This document shows, in pieces, positions 1-9,471 of a stretch of 64,000 nt of DNA (the stretch's first letter is position 1; every line of letters starts with the position of its first letter). The DNA is from an uncultured Dehalococcoidales bacterium (GTDB lineage: Bacteria; Chloroflexota; Dehalococcoidia; GIF9; AB-539-J10). The stretch covers positions 6,715-70,714 of the forward strand of contig CAYTBB010000001.1 in NCBI GenBank assembly GCA_964435965.1. The letters are read 5' to 3'. The position numbers and the translations under genes are program-made. The notes under the pieces were generated by a model. It was given only the letters and a program-made list of their open reading frames with translations. It had not been told where the DNA came from and made no database searches.

Positions 1-969
1 AATAAAGAAATTGGCGTGAGGTATGACCCTCAAGATATAACAATTACCGTTGGGGCGAAAGGTGGCCTAGACATATTGATGAGGGTTTTACTTGAGCCAG
101 GAGAGACTGTGGGGATTATGACTCCATTCTGGGTTACCTACCCCGAATCTGTGAAAATGGCACGCGTCATTCCGTATTTTCTGGGATCAGATGGAGGGGT
201 GAGACCGGAACCGGAAAAATTACGGAGAGAAATAGAAGCTAAGAACATAAAGGTTTTGCTCTATAGTTCACCGTGTAATCCTTCGGGTGTTGTTTATACC
301 AGGGATGAACTAGAGGAAATAGCCAAAATTGTGAAAGAAAAAGATATATGGGTTATCTCCGATGAGATTTACAATAAGCTTGTCTTTGACGGTAAAAAGC
401 ATGAGAGCATATTGTCCATCGAAGGCATGAGAGATAATGCCATATTGGTTGATGGCCCATCCAAGAGATTTGGTGTTCCTGGATGGAGATTGGGATACGT
501 TGCTGGACCGAGTGAAGTTATCAAGGCATTAACAAAACTACAAGGTCATGTCAATTCTGGAGCTTCGAGGCCAGCTCAATATGCTATGCGTGTTGCTTAC
601 ACTAGCCAAAAGGCTAAGGAAGCTACTGATGACATGAGACAAAGATATGAAAGGAATAGAAATATTTTTGTCAAGGGCTTGAATGAGATTGATGGCATTA
701 GTTGCATTAAGCCAGAAGGGGCATTTTACGCCTTTCCTAGCATCGATAATTTCTTTGGCTCCAAATATGAATTTGCCGGTAAGGAATACATGATAGAGAC
801 CTCTGTAGATTTCCGTAATTTTATTTTAAGAAAGGCGCAGGTAGCTGGAGTTGAAGGTGCTCCATTTGGGATGGATAGCCATATTAGATTTTCCCTAGCA
901 ACCGGGGAAGAAAATATTGTAAATGCACTGGATAATATCAACCAAGCGATGAAGGAGTTGCACTTGTAG
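1..969 (+). CDS. class I PLP-dependent aminotransferase (aspartate/aromatic aminotransferase family), 5'-truncated at the window edge
   Basis: The reading frame is open from nt 1. The protein carries motifs such as NPSGVVYTRDELEEIAKIVKEKDIWVISDEIY and a KRFGVPGWRLGY-type lysine region, both typical of AspAT-family aminotransferases. Confidence 0.8.
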   Translation, partial: NKEIGVRYDPQDITITVGAKGGLDILMRVLLEPGETVGIMTPFWVTYPESVKMARVIPYFLGSDGGVRPEPEKLRREIEAKNIKVLLYSSPCNPSGVVYTRDELEEIAKIVKEKDIWVISDEIYNKLVFDGKKHESILSIEGMRDNAILVDGPSKRFGVPGWRLGYVAGPSEVIKALTKLQGHVNSGASRPAQYAMRVAYTSQKAKEATDDMRQRYERNRNIFVKGLNEIDGISCIKPEGAFYAFPSIDNFFGSKYEFAGKEYMIETSVDFRNFILRKAQVAGVEGAPFGMDSHIRFSLATGEENIVNALDNINQAMKELHL

Positions 970-1095
970 TTTTCACATGTCAGTAAAACTCCCGGTTTTG
1001 CCAACCAGAAGATAAAAAGGGCTGCCTCTTTACTTGTTTCCATGTTCCAAGAGATTTATGGTGCATCAAATTTTGCTAACTATATATGAGGAAAC

Positions 1096-1125
1096 TTGCC
1101 ATCTTTATCAATCAATCTCTATTAT
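1096..1125 (+). promoter_or_regulatory. sigma70-like promoter candidate (TTGCCA-N18-TATTAT) upstream of tRNA-Arg/rpsB
   Basis: The hexamers TTGCCA (1096-1101) and TATTAT (1120-1125) are separated by an 18-nt spacer, about 20 nt before the tRNA 5' end. Confidence 0.3.
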
Positions 1126-1143
1126 GTTAAACTTAATGTAGAT

Positions 1144-1217
1144 GTCCCTGTAGCTCAGCTGGATAGAGCGGCTGCCTTCTAAGCAGCGGGTCGTGGGTTC
1201 GAATCCCTCCAGGGACG
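1144..1217 (+). tRNA. tRNA-Arg (anticodon TCT)
   Basis: The sequence folds as a cloverleaf with acceptor GTCCCTG/CAGGGAC, a D-arm AGCTCAGCTGGATAGAGC and an anticodon loop CTTCTAA (anticodon TCT). The T-loop is TTCGAAT and no CCA is encoded. Confidence 0.85.
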
Positions 1218-1246
1218 CGGCAGATTTGAAAGGGGTTAGAAGAATA

Positions 1247-2035
1247 ATGGAAAATCCGTCAGTAAAAGAACTTCTGGAAGCGGGGGCTCACTTTGGTCAT
1301 CCGGCTAGCTATTGGCACCCTAAGATGAGAAAATATATCTTTACCCAGCGCAACGGAATACATATCATTGATTTAGAAAAGACAGTTACGATGTTAGACG
1401 AGGCATGTGTCTTTGCCCGAGACCTAGCAGCCAGCGGGCAAACTATCCTCTTTGTCGGCACTAAGAAACAAGCCCAGCAAGTGATAGAGGAAGAAGCTAA
1501 AAGATGTACCATGCATTATGTCAATCAAAGGTGGCTTGGAGGAATGCTAACTAATTTTGCCACTATACAAGCGCGGATTGATTATCTGGTTCGTTTGGAA
1601 GATAAGAGGGAGAAAGGCGAGTTCGATCAGTTATCTAAGAAAGAAAGGGTGAAATTAGAAAAGAAAATCTTGAGGTTAAATGAACAAATGGGTGGTTTTA
1701 AGGAAATGACTGCTCTCCCTGGAGCTCTTTTCATCGCTGACCCTATCAAGGACAAAATTGCCTTTGCTGAAGCCAAAAACCTGGACATCCCTGTAATAGC
1801 CATTGCAGATACTAATTGTAATCCCGATGATATTGACTACCCTATTCCGGCTAACGATGATGCTATCAAAGCAATTAAACTGGTCTGTGCCAGAATAGCT
1901 GATGCCATAATTGAAGGCAAAGGAATACAAACTTCTGAAGAAGTAGAGGCTGCTGGGTTACCATCTGCCGAGACAGAAGAGTCCGTCGAAATTTTAGGTT
2001 CTTACACCTTTAATCCGGAGGAGGATCAACCCTAG
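1247..2035 (+). CDS. rpsB: 30S ribosomal protein S2
   Basis: The N-terminus [18 protein letters not shown] is characteristic of S2. The ORF-track start at 1193 overlaps the tRNA, so the in-frame ATG at 1247 is the likely true start. Confidence 0.93.
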   Translation: MENPSVKELLEAGAHFGHPASYWHPKMRKYIFTQRNGIHIIDLEKTVTMLDEACVFARDLAASGQTILFVGTKKQAQQVIEEEAKRCTMHYVNQRWLGGMLTNFATIQARIDYLVRLEDKREKGEFDQLSKKERVKLEKKILRLNEQMGGFKEMTALPGALFIADPIKDKIAFAEAKNLDIPVIAIADTNCNPDDIDYPIPANDDAIKAIKLVCARIADAIIEGKGIQTSEEVEAAGLPSAETEESVEILGSYTFNPEEDQP

Positions 2036-2044
2036 GTTATTTGA

Positions 2045-2548
2045 ATGAGGGTATCAAGCGAGGCTATTAAAGAGGTAAGAGGCAGAACTGAAGCTGGTAT
2101 ACTTGAGTGTAAGGATGCTTTGCTAGAGGCAGGTGGAGATATAGAAAAGGCAGTCAAAGTTTTGAAATGCCGTGGGCTAGTAATTGCGGGAAAAAAGGCG
2201 GGGCGTATTACCAATGAAGGAGTAATTGAAGCTTACGTCCATCACACTGAGCGGGTAGGAGCATTAGTAGAGCTAAGCTGTGAAACGGATTTTGTGGCTC
2301 GCACGGATGAATTTAGACAGCTTGCTCACGACTTAGCCATGCAAGTAGTGGCTACATCTCCTCAGTTTATCACCGCGGCAGAAATCCCGACCGAGGCGGA
2401 GTTAGAGCCTCAAGAAACTTGCCTACTCCTCCAGCCCTTTATCAAAGAGCCCGATAAGACCGTGGAGGAAATTATCGCCGAAACAATAGGTAAAGTAGGC
2501 GAGAATATAAAGGTGCGCCGGTTTGCTAGATTTGAACTCGGCTGTTAG
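2045..2548 (+). CDS. tsf: elongation factor Ts (short, 167 aa form)
   Basis: The protein has a UBA-like N-terminus (EAIKEVRGRTEAGILECKDALLEAGGDIEKAV) and a core containing TDFVARTDEF. It lies immediately downstream of rpsB. Confidence 0.9.
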   Translation: MRVSSEAIKEVRGRTEAGILECKDALLEAGGDIEKAVKVLKCRGLVIAGKKAGRITNEGVIEAYVHHTERVGALVELSCETDFVARTDEFRQLAHDLAMQVVATSPQFITAAEIPTEAELEPQETCLLLQPFIKEPDKTVEEIIAETIGKVGENIKVRRFARFELGC

Positions 2549-2582
2549 CTATTGGCATTCTTGTCTTTACTGATAACCAATC

Positions 2583-3140
2583 ATGGTAGAAGAAATACTT
2601 ATCGAACTGAACTCAAAAATGCAAAAGGCTGTTGATGGCTTAGCCCGCGAGTTAGTTATTATCCGCACTGGACGAGCTAACCCAGCGATAGTTGAGAATA
2701 TTATGGTTGATTATCACGGCGCGCTTATTCCCGTCCACCAGATTGCCACTATATCTGCGCCTGAGGCTAATTTAATTGTTATTCAACCTTGGGATCGTAC
2801 CTCATTACGTAATATCGAGAAAGCTATTCTTAAAGCCGATATCGGCCTTAATCCTCTAAATGACGGCAATATAATTCGGGTGGTCATTCCTCCCCTCAGT
2901 GAGGAACGGCGCATAAAGGTAGCCAAATCAGTGTCTAAAAGAGTGGAGGAACGGCGAGTGGTATTACGCAATATAAGGCGAGACAGCATCGCAAAATTAA
3001 GACAAATGGAGAAAAATAAGGAAATATCACAAGACGAGCTTGAGGATTCTATTAAACAAGTCGACAAGATTAGCGAGAGTTTTATAAACAAAGCAAACGA
3101 AATAGGTCAGAAAAAGGAAAAGGAGATAAAGGAAGAATAA
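2583..3140 (+). CDS. frr: ribosome recycling factor
   Basis: The protein is 185 aa and starts MVEEILIELNSKMQKAVDGL...IRTGRANPAIVENIMVDYHG, as expected for Frr. Confidence 0.93.
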   Translation: MVEEILIELNSKMQKAVDGLARELVIIRTGRANPAIVENIMVDYHGALIPVHQIATISAPEANLIVIQPWDRTSLRNIEKAILKADIGLNPLNDGNIIRVVIPPLSEERRIKVAKSVSKRVEERRVVLRNIRRDSIAKLRQMEKNKEISQDELEDSIKQVDKISESFINKANEIGQKKEKEIKEE

Positions 3141-3174
3141 TCTACAGCGGCATGGAAGCTGATAAAATTGACTT

Positions 3175-3975
3175 ATGCTTAAGCAAAGGATTTTCACTGC
3201 TGCTGTAGGTGTACCTCTCATCATTCTCGCTGTTTGGTTTGGCGATCCTTCGTTTAGCCTTCTTATCGTTGCCGTAGTATTGCTCGGCACCTTTGAGTTT
3301 TATCACATGTCTACCAACCTCAATAAGAGGTACTCCCTAACTTATTTTGGCTTGTCATGGGCACTGGTACTCGCCCTGAGCCCTCACTATGCAAATATAT
3401 TACCCATAGTTATGACAGCCGCTGTGGTGATTTCTCTAGTCTGGCTGTTACGACTCTCAGCACAAAAAAAAGCATTCTGCGATTGGGCATGGCTAGTAGC
3501 TGGTGTTTTTTATGTGGGATGGATGCTCAGCTACTGGGTCAATTTGCGCATTTTAGAAGATGGGAAAGGTTGGGTTTACTTAGCTATACTCACCACATTT
3601 GCCAATGACACAGGCGCCTTTTTTGTCGGGAGAGCATGGGGTAAACATAAGCTAGCCTCTGCTATAAGCCCAGGTAAAACTTGGGAAGGAGCCCTAGGGG
3701 GCTTATTAAGCGCTACTATGGGCGCTATCATAGTATTCCTGATTCTTAACCTTCTTTCTCCTTTGCCCTTGGGATACTGGCAAATCATACTCCTTGGCTG
3801 CCTTATTAGCCTCTGCGCCCAACTTGGTGACCTGGTTGAATCTTTGCTCAAGCGTAACATGGAGGTGAAAGAATCAGGCAAGCTATTGCCAGGGCATGGT
3901 GGTATCCTTGACCGCTTTGACAGCCTTATTTTTGTCGGGGCAATGGTATACTATTATGTAATATGGACAGTGTAA
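3175..3975 (+). CDS. cdsA: phosphatidate cytidylyltransferase
   Basis: This is a multi-pass membrane protein with the CdsA signature KTWEGALGG...GHGGILDRFDS near its C-terminus. Confidence 0.85.
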   Translation: MLKQRIFTAAVGVPLIILAVWFGDPSFSLLIVAVVLLGTFEFYHMSTNLNKRYSLTYFGLSWALVLALSPHYANILPIVMTAAVVISLVWLLRLSAQKKAFCDWAWLVAGVFYVGWMLSYWVNLRILEDGKGWVYLAILTTFANDTGAFFVGRAWGKHKLASAISPGKTWEGALGGLLSATMGAIIVFLILNLLSPLPLGYWQIILLGCLISLCAQLGDLVESLLKRNMEVKESGKLLPGHGGILDRFDSLIFVGAMVYYYVIWTV

Positions 3976-5141
3976 AGAAAATAGCTATCTTAGGTTCAAC
4001 GGGTTCCGTAGGACAGCAAGCTCTGGGGGTGATATGTGCCCTTTCTGCTAGGTTTCGAGTGATAGCTTTAGCCGGGGGTGAAAATCTCAAGCTTCTGGAA
4101 AAGCAGATAGCCAAATTTCAACCTGACATGTTTTATTCCGCAGTCGAGCCTGACTTTACCTATAGAGGCGAATTCTTATCCATGGAACAAATAGCCAGCC
4201 ATCCAGACGTTGATCTGGTCATCGTAGCCACCTCAGGCAAAGCAGGGCTGTATCCTACTTTAGCAGCTCTAAAGGCAGGCAAAACAGTAGCTTTAGCCAA
4301 CAAGGAAGTATTGGTGATGGCAGGGGAAATTATCATTCGTGAGGCTAAAAGCTATCAAGCTCAAATTCTGCCTATTGATAGTGAGCTTAGTGCTATCTGG
4401 CAATGCTTGCAGGGGGAGGAAAATAAACCAAAAAGAATTTTTCTAACTGCTTCTGGTGGACCTTTCTACCACTATTCCCAGCCAGAATTAAGAAAAGTAA
4501 CGGTAGAGCAAGCTCTTCGTCACCCTATATGGAAAATGGGAAGCAAGATCACCATTGACTCGGCCACACTTCTGAATAAAGGATTAGAGGCTATTGAAGC
4601 TCATTGGCTTTTCGCTATTCCTTTTGAGAGCATTGAGATATTAATTCATCCACAAAGTATCATTCACTCCATGGTAGAGTTTATGGACGGTTCAATAAGA
4701 GCGCAGCTCAGCTTTCCTGATATGAGGTTGCCCATCCAATATGCCCTTTGTTACCCTGAGAGGTTGCTCAATTCAGAGCTACCACGCCTCAACTGGAGCA
4801 AAATTAAATCTCTAAACTTCGAGCCAGTAGAGCAAAACAGATTTCCTTGTCTTAAATTGGCGCTAGATGCGGGTAAGCAAGGAGGAACTTATCCCGCAGT
4901 GCTTTGTGCTGCCGATGAAGTGGCCGTAGGGCTTTTTCTTAACAAGCGTATAAGCTTTACTGATATAGCTAGAATAGCGCAAGAAACTTTGGAACAGCAT
5001 CGGGGCATTGCTCAGCCATCCTTGGAAGAAATTCTAGTTGCCGATGCTTGGGCAAGGGAATATGTTGAGCGTCTTTTCATTTGTCACCCTCACCTTATTC
5101 CTCTCCCTTCAAGGGAGAGGTTAGGTGAAGGAGGTCAGTGA
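3963..5141 (+). CDS. dxr: 1-deoxy-D-xylulose 5-phosphate reductoisomerase
   Basis: The NADPH-binding N-terminus ILGSTGSVGQQAL is present and Dxr-family similarity runs throughout. The last ~19 codons are encoded by a palindromic repeat (see findings). Confidence 0.93.
   Translation: MDSVKKIAILGSTGSVGQQALGVICALSARFRVIALAGGENLKLLEKQIAKFQPDMFYSAVEPDFTYRGEFLSMEQIASHPDVDLVIVATSGKAGLYPTLAALKAGKTVALANKEVLVMAGEIIIREAKSYQAQILPIDSELSAIWQCLQGEENKPKRIFLTASGGPFYHYSQPELRKVTVEQALRHPIWKMGSKITIDSATLLNKGLEAIEAHWLFAIPFESIEILIHPQSIIHSMVEFMDGSIRAQLSFPDMRLPIQYALCYPERLLNSELPRLNWSKIKSLNFEPVEQNRFPCLKLALDAGKQGGTYPAVLCAADEVAVGLFLNKRISFTDIARIAQETLEQHRGIAQPSLEEILVADAWAREYVERLFICHPHLIPLPSRERLGEGGQ
5084..5120. repeat. family-2 palindromic repeat TCACCCTCACCTTATTCCTCTCCCTTCAAGGGAGAGG
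   Basis: This 37-nt stretch matches 50071-50107 with 3-4 mismatches and contains the perfect palindrome CCTCTCCCTTCAAGGGAGAGG at 5100-5120. Related copies occur at 7489-7524 and 37595-37632. Confidence 0.55.
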
Positions 5142-5149
5142 GATAAGAG

Positions 5150-6454
5150 ATGCATATTGCCATAGTTATTATTCTTTTTATTCTGACTCTGTTCGTTGTA
5201 ATCTCCCTCCATGAATTGGGGCATTTCATCGCTGCCAGGCGTGCCGGAGTGAAGATAGAAGAGTTTGGCTTAGGTTTTCCTCCGCAACTTTTTGGCATTA
5301 AGCGCGGGGAGATAGTGTATTCGATTAATGCTATACCCGTGGGAGCTTTCGTCAAGAGTACTGGAGAAAATGACCCCTCAGTGCCAGGGAGCTTAGCGAG
5401 TAAAGATTCATGGAGCCGGTTAACAGTCTATGCTGCAGGCCCGGTAGCCAACATTTTTCTCGCTTTTATCTTGCTTAGTGCCTTCTTTACGCTACCTAGA
5501 AGTGTGGTAGTTGGTAGTGGGGTTATGGTGCACTCCATAGTAGAGAGCTCACCAGCGGAAGTAGCGGGTATAGAACCTGGGGATGTAATTCTGGAGGTGA
5601 ATAGGCAACCTGTTTATAAATGGGGAGATATACAAAATATGGTTAATTCAAGCAAAGAAGGTGAGGAAATAACCTTGCTTCTGCAAAGGGATGGGAGCCA
5701 GAGTGAAACCAGTTTGAAGCCAGAATTCGACTCGTCATTAGGGCGGCGAGCAATAGGTGTCCTGCTTTGCTGGAATATAGTGAATCAGGTGAGGGAAGGT
5801 TCACCAGCGGATGAGGTTGGTATTATGCCTGGAGACACCATCTTAAGCATTAATGGACAAGCTATATACAATGAGAAAAGTGTGTCTGCTGCCCTAGCTT
5901 CTATTGCGGAGGGAGAGGGAATAGGCCTAGCTTTACTTAGAGGACAGGAAGAAATCATTAAAGAGTTTGATTCCGCCCGACAGGTGACGGGCATAAAGTT
6001 AGACTGGGTGGATGGAGCCCGTATTGAGCAGAAGCGACTTCCTGTATGGAAGGCAGTCTACTTAGGAGGCTGGTATATTACCCATATGCCTGAGCTGATA
6101 GTAGCTTCTATTCCCTTAATCAAAGAAGATCCTGGCAAGGCATTAGTAGGGCCAATAGGTGCTGGTCAGTTAACTGTAGAAGCAGTGAGATCCTTTGGTT
6201 TCAGCAATATGTTATTTATGGCCGGCATCATTAGTTTGGGGATTGGTTTATTTAATTTCTTCCCTATCCCTCCTTTAGACGGGGGAGGGATGCTGGTGGC
6301 GCTTATTGAGGGAGTCAGGCGTGGGAAACGTCTCTCTCCTCATGCCATGCACTTGGCCTATAGTGTGGGCACTACTTTTTTAATCACGCTGATGGTTTTG
6401 ATAACCTTTTATGATATCCTGCGCTTAATCAAAGGCGGGAGCTTTGGATTATGA
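5150..6454 (+). CDS. rseP: RIP metalloprotease RseP (site-2 protease, M50 family, with PDZ domains)
   Basis: The zinc motif HELGHF lies in the first TM helix. Two PDZ-like regions (GIEPGDVILEVN, GIMPGDTILSING) and the C-terminal LDGG motif are also present. Confidence 0.9.
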   Translation: MHIAIVIILFILTLFVVISLHELGHFIAARRAGVKIEEFGLGFPPQLFGIKRGEIVYSINAIPVGAFVKSTGENDPSVPGSLASKDSWSRLTVYAAGPVANIFLAFILLSAFFTLPRSVVVGSGVMVHSIVESSPAEVAGIEPGDVILEVNRQPVYKWGDIQNMVNSSKEGEEITLLLQRDGSQSETSLKPEFDSSLGRRAIGVLLCWNIVNQVREGSPADEVGIMPGDTILSINGQAIYNEKSVSAALASIAEGEGIGLALLRGQEEIIKEFDSARQVTGIKLDWVDGARIEQKRLPVWKAVYLGGWYITHMPELIVASIPLIKEDPGKALVGPIGAGQLTVEAVRSFGFSNMLFMAGIISLGIGLFNFFPIPPLDGGGMLVALIEGVRRGKRLSPHAMHLAYSVGTTFLITLMVLITFYDILRLIKGGSFGL

Positions 6455-7512
6455 CACGTCGAGTTTCCAGACCTATAAGAATTGGCAGAGTAACTGTTGG
6501 TGGCGATGCTCCAGTTGTGGTGCAAGCGATGACCAAAACTGACACTCGTGATATTCCTGCCACTATAAACCAAATTAAGCAGCTAGAAGATTGTGGTTGC
6601 GAACTAGTGCGACTAGCAGTTCCAGATAAGGAAGCGGCGGAAAGCATTTCAGCGATAAAAAAGAGTGTTTCCTTGCCTCTTATTGCTGATATTCATTTCG
6701 ACTACCGTTTGGCTTTAGCTGCTTTACAGGCTGGCGCCGATGGACTTCGCCTTAATCCGGGCAATATTCGCGATAAAGAGCAAATTGCCAAGGTAGTGGC
6801 TGCAGCTAAAGAAAAGGAAACACCCATCCGCGTCGGAGTAAATGCCGCTAGTTTACCAGCAGACTTTGAGCTTGATGCTCCGCTATCTAAGCGGATGGTT
6901 AACATGGCATTGCAACAAATAAAGCTTTTGGAGAGCCTGGACTTTAATTTAATTAAGGTTTCTCTTAAAGCCTTTGATGTGCCCACTACCATTCAGGCTT
7001 ACCAGCTAATTGCCGACAAAATACCTTATCCGTTACACTTAGGTATCACTGAAGCTGGGCTTCCTCAATATGGAGCTATACGCAGTGCTGTCGGCATTGG
7101 CATACTTCTTTATCAGGGGATTGGCGATACTATCCGTGTTTCCCTTACTGCTCACCCATGTGAGGAGATATTTGTCGCTTATGAAATTCTAAAAAGCCTT
7201 GGACTTCGTCAGCGAGGGCCAACCTTGGTAAGCTGTCCTTCCTGTGGGCGAGCTGAAGTTGACGTCGTTACCCTGGCTGAAGCTGTGGACAAATATCTGA
7301 AGAAGATAACCAAGCCCATTAAAGTGGCGGTTATGGGTTGTGTAGTTAACGGACCCGGCGAGGCTAGAAATGCTGATCTGGGCATTGCTTGCGGCAAGGG
7401 GAAGGGTGCTATATTTAGAAAGGGCAGCGTGGTAAAGACAGTGAATGAGGAAAGCCTATTGGAAAGCTTAGTGGCGGAAATAAATTCCTTCTCTCTTAGG
7501 GGAGAGGGCTAG
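6451..7512 (+). CDS. ispG: 4-hydroxy-3-methylbut-2-enyl diphosphate synthase
   Basis: GcpE-family similarity extends throughout (RIGRVTVGGDAPVVVQAMTKTDT...CPSCGRAEVD...MGCVVNGPGEA). The stop codon overlaps the preceding gene by 4 nt. Confidence 0.93.
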   Translation: MTRRVSRPIRIGRVTVGGDAPVVVQAMTKTDTRDIPATINQIKQLEDCGCELVRLAVPDKEAAESISAIKKSVSLPLIADIHFDYRLALAALQAGADGLRLNPGNIRDKEQIAKVVAAAKEKETPIRVGVNAASLPADFELDAPLSKRMVNMALQQIKLLESLDFNLIKVSLKAFDVPTTIQAYQLIADKIPYPLHLGITEAGLPQYGAIRSAVGIGILLYQGIGDTIRVSLTAHPCEEIFVAYEILKSLGLRQRGPTLVSCPSCGRAEVDVVTLAEAVDKYLKKITKPIKVAVMGCVVNGPGEARNADLGIACGKGKGAIFRKGSVVKTVNEESLLESLVAEINSFSLRGEG

Positions 7513-7524
7513 GGTGAGGGTGAA
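7489..7524. repeat. family-2 repeat, reverse orientation (…GGGGAGAGGGCTAGGGTGAGGGTGAA)
   Basis: The reverse complement TTCACCCTCACCCTAGCCCTCTCCCC resembles the 5084 and 50071 copies. It lies immediately before the proS start, and the GGTGAGGGTGA segment doubles as a Shine-Dalgarno-like sequence. Confidence 0.4.
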
Positions 7525-7530
7525 ATAAAA

Positions 7531-9252
7531 ATGCGTTACTCGAAGCTTTTTGGCAAGACTTTACGACAGGCACCGGCAGAGGCCGAAAGCATAAGCCACC
7601 GGTTACTGCTCAGAAGTGGCATGATTGCCCAGATGGCCGCGGGAATCTATTCCTATTTGCCTTTAGGCTGGCGGGTGCTTAAGAATATAGAGCAGGTAAT
7701 CAGAGAGGAAATGAATAAAGCTGGTGGTCAAGAGTTGATGCTGCCGGTTCTGCAACCCTTCGAACTATGGCAGCAATCAGGTCGCTGTCTTTCTTTTGGC
7801 CAATCTCTATTTACCTTAACTGATAGAAAGGAGCATAAATTAGCCTTAGGGCCCACACATGAAGAGGTTATTACTGAGCTTGCTCATCACTGTGTGCAGA
7901 GCTACCGTGCTCTCCCTTTACTGCTTTACCAAATACAGACCAAATTCCGTGATGAGCCTCGTCCCCGTGGCGGACTACTGCGAGTCCGCGAATTTATTAT
8001 GAAAGACCTCTATAGCTTTGACGTTGATGAGGCTGGCCTGGATGAAAGCTATGAGAGAATGAGCCTAGCTTACAAGAATATCTATGCTCGCCTAGGCTTG
8101 CCAGCCTTGATGGTAAAGGCTGACAGTGGTGCCATAGGTGGCAAGGAATCTCATGAGTTCATGGTTATCACTGAGGCTGGCGAGGATGAGATTATTTATT
8201 GCTCCAATTGTAGTTATGCCGCTAATGCAGAGAAGGCTCAAAGTGCCAAAGCGAGGATAAATAGTGAAGCTCCACTTCCTTTGGAGGAGATAGCCACACC
8301 GGGGGCAAAAACTATAGAAGCGGTAGCTAGCTTTCTTGGCGTGTCAACGAATCAAACTTTCAAAGCCGTATTTTATTCCGCAGATGGCAAATTTGTTTTT
8401 GTTGTTATTCGAGGTGATCTGGAAGTTAATGAAACTAAGCTAAGAAATGCACTGAAATGTTCCGAACTTAGATTGGCTACCGAAAGCGAGGTAAATAAGG
8501 TAAACCTAGTAGCTGGTTTTGCTTCACCTATTGGTATAAAAGATATCAAAATTGTTGCTGATGATTCCATAACTTTAGGCTCTAACTTCATTGCCGGCGC
8601 CAATAAGCCAGGGTATCACTTCAAGAATGTAAATTATCCCAGAGACTTTCAGGTTGACCTTGTAGCCGATATTGTTTTAGCTCGCTCTGGAGATAACTGC
8701 CCTAAGTGTGGTAGTAAGCTGTCTTCTGCTCGTGGCATCGAAGTGGGGCATATATTTAAATTGGGCACCTTTATCAGCGAAAAAATGGAGGCATCCTTCC
8801 TAGATTCCAATGGAGCATCTCGGCCTATTGTTATGGGAAGCTATGGCATTGGATTAGGACGTTTGTTAGCTGCCACAGTAGAGCAAAGCCATGATGATAA
8901 AGGCATTATTTGGCCCCTCTCCGTTGCTCCCTATCAAGTTTATCTTTGCCCTCTCTATTTAGATAACCCTGAAATTGCCCCTCTAGCTGAAGATGTCTAT
9001 CACGAGTTGGAAAAGGAAGGGATCGAAGTTCTTTTCGATGACCGTGATGAATCCCCCGGAATTAAATTCAATGATGCTGACCTTCTAGGGATACCTTTGC
9101 GGTTGACTCTATCACCACGCACTATTCAAAGCCAAAGCATAGAGGTGAAATGGCGTGTGGGGAGGGAAACTCAGCTTGTGCCTCTGGAAAACTTGGCTGC
9201 TGAAGTTAATAGACTGCTAAGGGAAAAATTAGCCCAACGGTCAGTAAATTAG
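7531..9252 (+). CDS. proS: prolyl-tRNA synthetase (bacterial type with insertion/editing domain)
   Basis: The protein is 573 aa with class II synthetase motifs and a ProRS-like N-terminus MRYSKLFGKTLRQAPAEAE. Confidence 0.93.
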   Translation: MRYSKLFGKTLRQAPAEAESISHRLLLRSGMIAQMAAGIYSYLPLGWRVLKNIEQVIREEMNKAGGQELMLPVLQPFELWQQSGRCLSFGQSLFTLTDRKEHKLALGPTHEEVITELAHHCVQSYRALPLLLYQIQTKFRDEPRPRGGLLRVREFIMKDLYSFDVDEAGLDESYERMSLAYKNIYARLGLPALMVKADSGAIGGKESHEFMVITEAGEDEIIYCSNCSYAANAEKAQSAKARINSEAPLPLEEIATPGAKTIEAVASFLGVSTNQTFKAVFYSADGKFVFVVIRGDLEVNETKLRNALKCSELRLATESEVNKVNLVAGFASPIGIKDIKIVADDSITLGSNFIAGANKPGYHFKNVNYPRDFQVDLVADIVLARSGDNCPKCGSKLSSARGIEVGHIFKLGTFISEKMEASFLDSNGASRPIVMGSYGIGLGRLLAATVEQSHDDKGIIWPLSVAPYQVYLCPLYLDNPEIAPLAEDVYHELEKEGIEVLFDDRDESPGIKFNDADLLGIPLRLTLSPRTIQSQSIEVKWRVGRETQLVPLENLAAEVNRLLREKLAQRSVN

Positions 9253-9396
9253 TACAGTTGCCATCTCGCCTCTTCTTAGTCACCGTGTAAAAGACCTTCA
9301 GGGCGATATTTGGATAGTCCTCTGAGCATAAGTGGTCTTTGCCAATCTGCCTCCAACATTAGTCATACAAAAAGGAGGAATGTTAGACAGTAAGTC

Positions 9397-9426
9397 TTGA
9401 CAGGGGTATTCTCGTGCTCGTATTAT
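9397..9426 (+). promoter_or_regulatory. sigma70-like promoter candidate TTGACA-N18-TATTAT for the arsR-like gene
   Basis: The hexamers TTGACA (9397-9402) and TATTAT (9421-9426) are followed directly by an inverted repeat and a GGAG Shine-Dalgarno sequence. Confidence 0.4.
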
Positions 9427-9431
9427 ATTTA

Positions 9432-9453
9432 TAGATGCGAAAATATGCATCTA
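9432..9453. promoter_or_regulatory. 7-bp inverted repeat TAGATGC-N8-GCATCTA, candidate ArsR-type operator
   Basis: The two 7-bp arms are perfectly complementary and lie between the -10 element and the SD/start codon. ArsR/SmtB repressors typically bind a dyad that overlaps their own promoter. Confidence 0.4.
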
Positions 9454-9471
9454 ACTGCGGGGAGTTTGGAT

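Noticed and set aside
726-1043. Antisense and overlapping small ORFs on the six-frame track (e.g. 726..1043-, 1309..1512-, 2783..3091-, 12870..13094+, 26117..26401+, 29177..29677+, 55818..56318+, 61396..61632+)
   Set aside because: They lie entirely inside, or opposite, well-supported conserved genes (or the 5S rRNA). They have no SD or conserved motifs and compositions typical of frame-shifted reading of real genes
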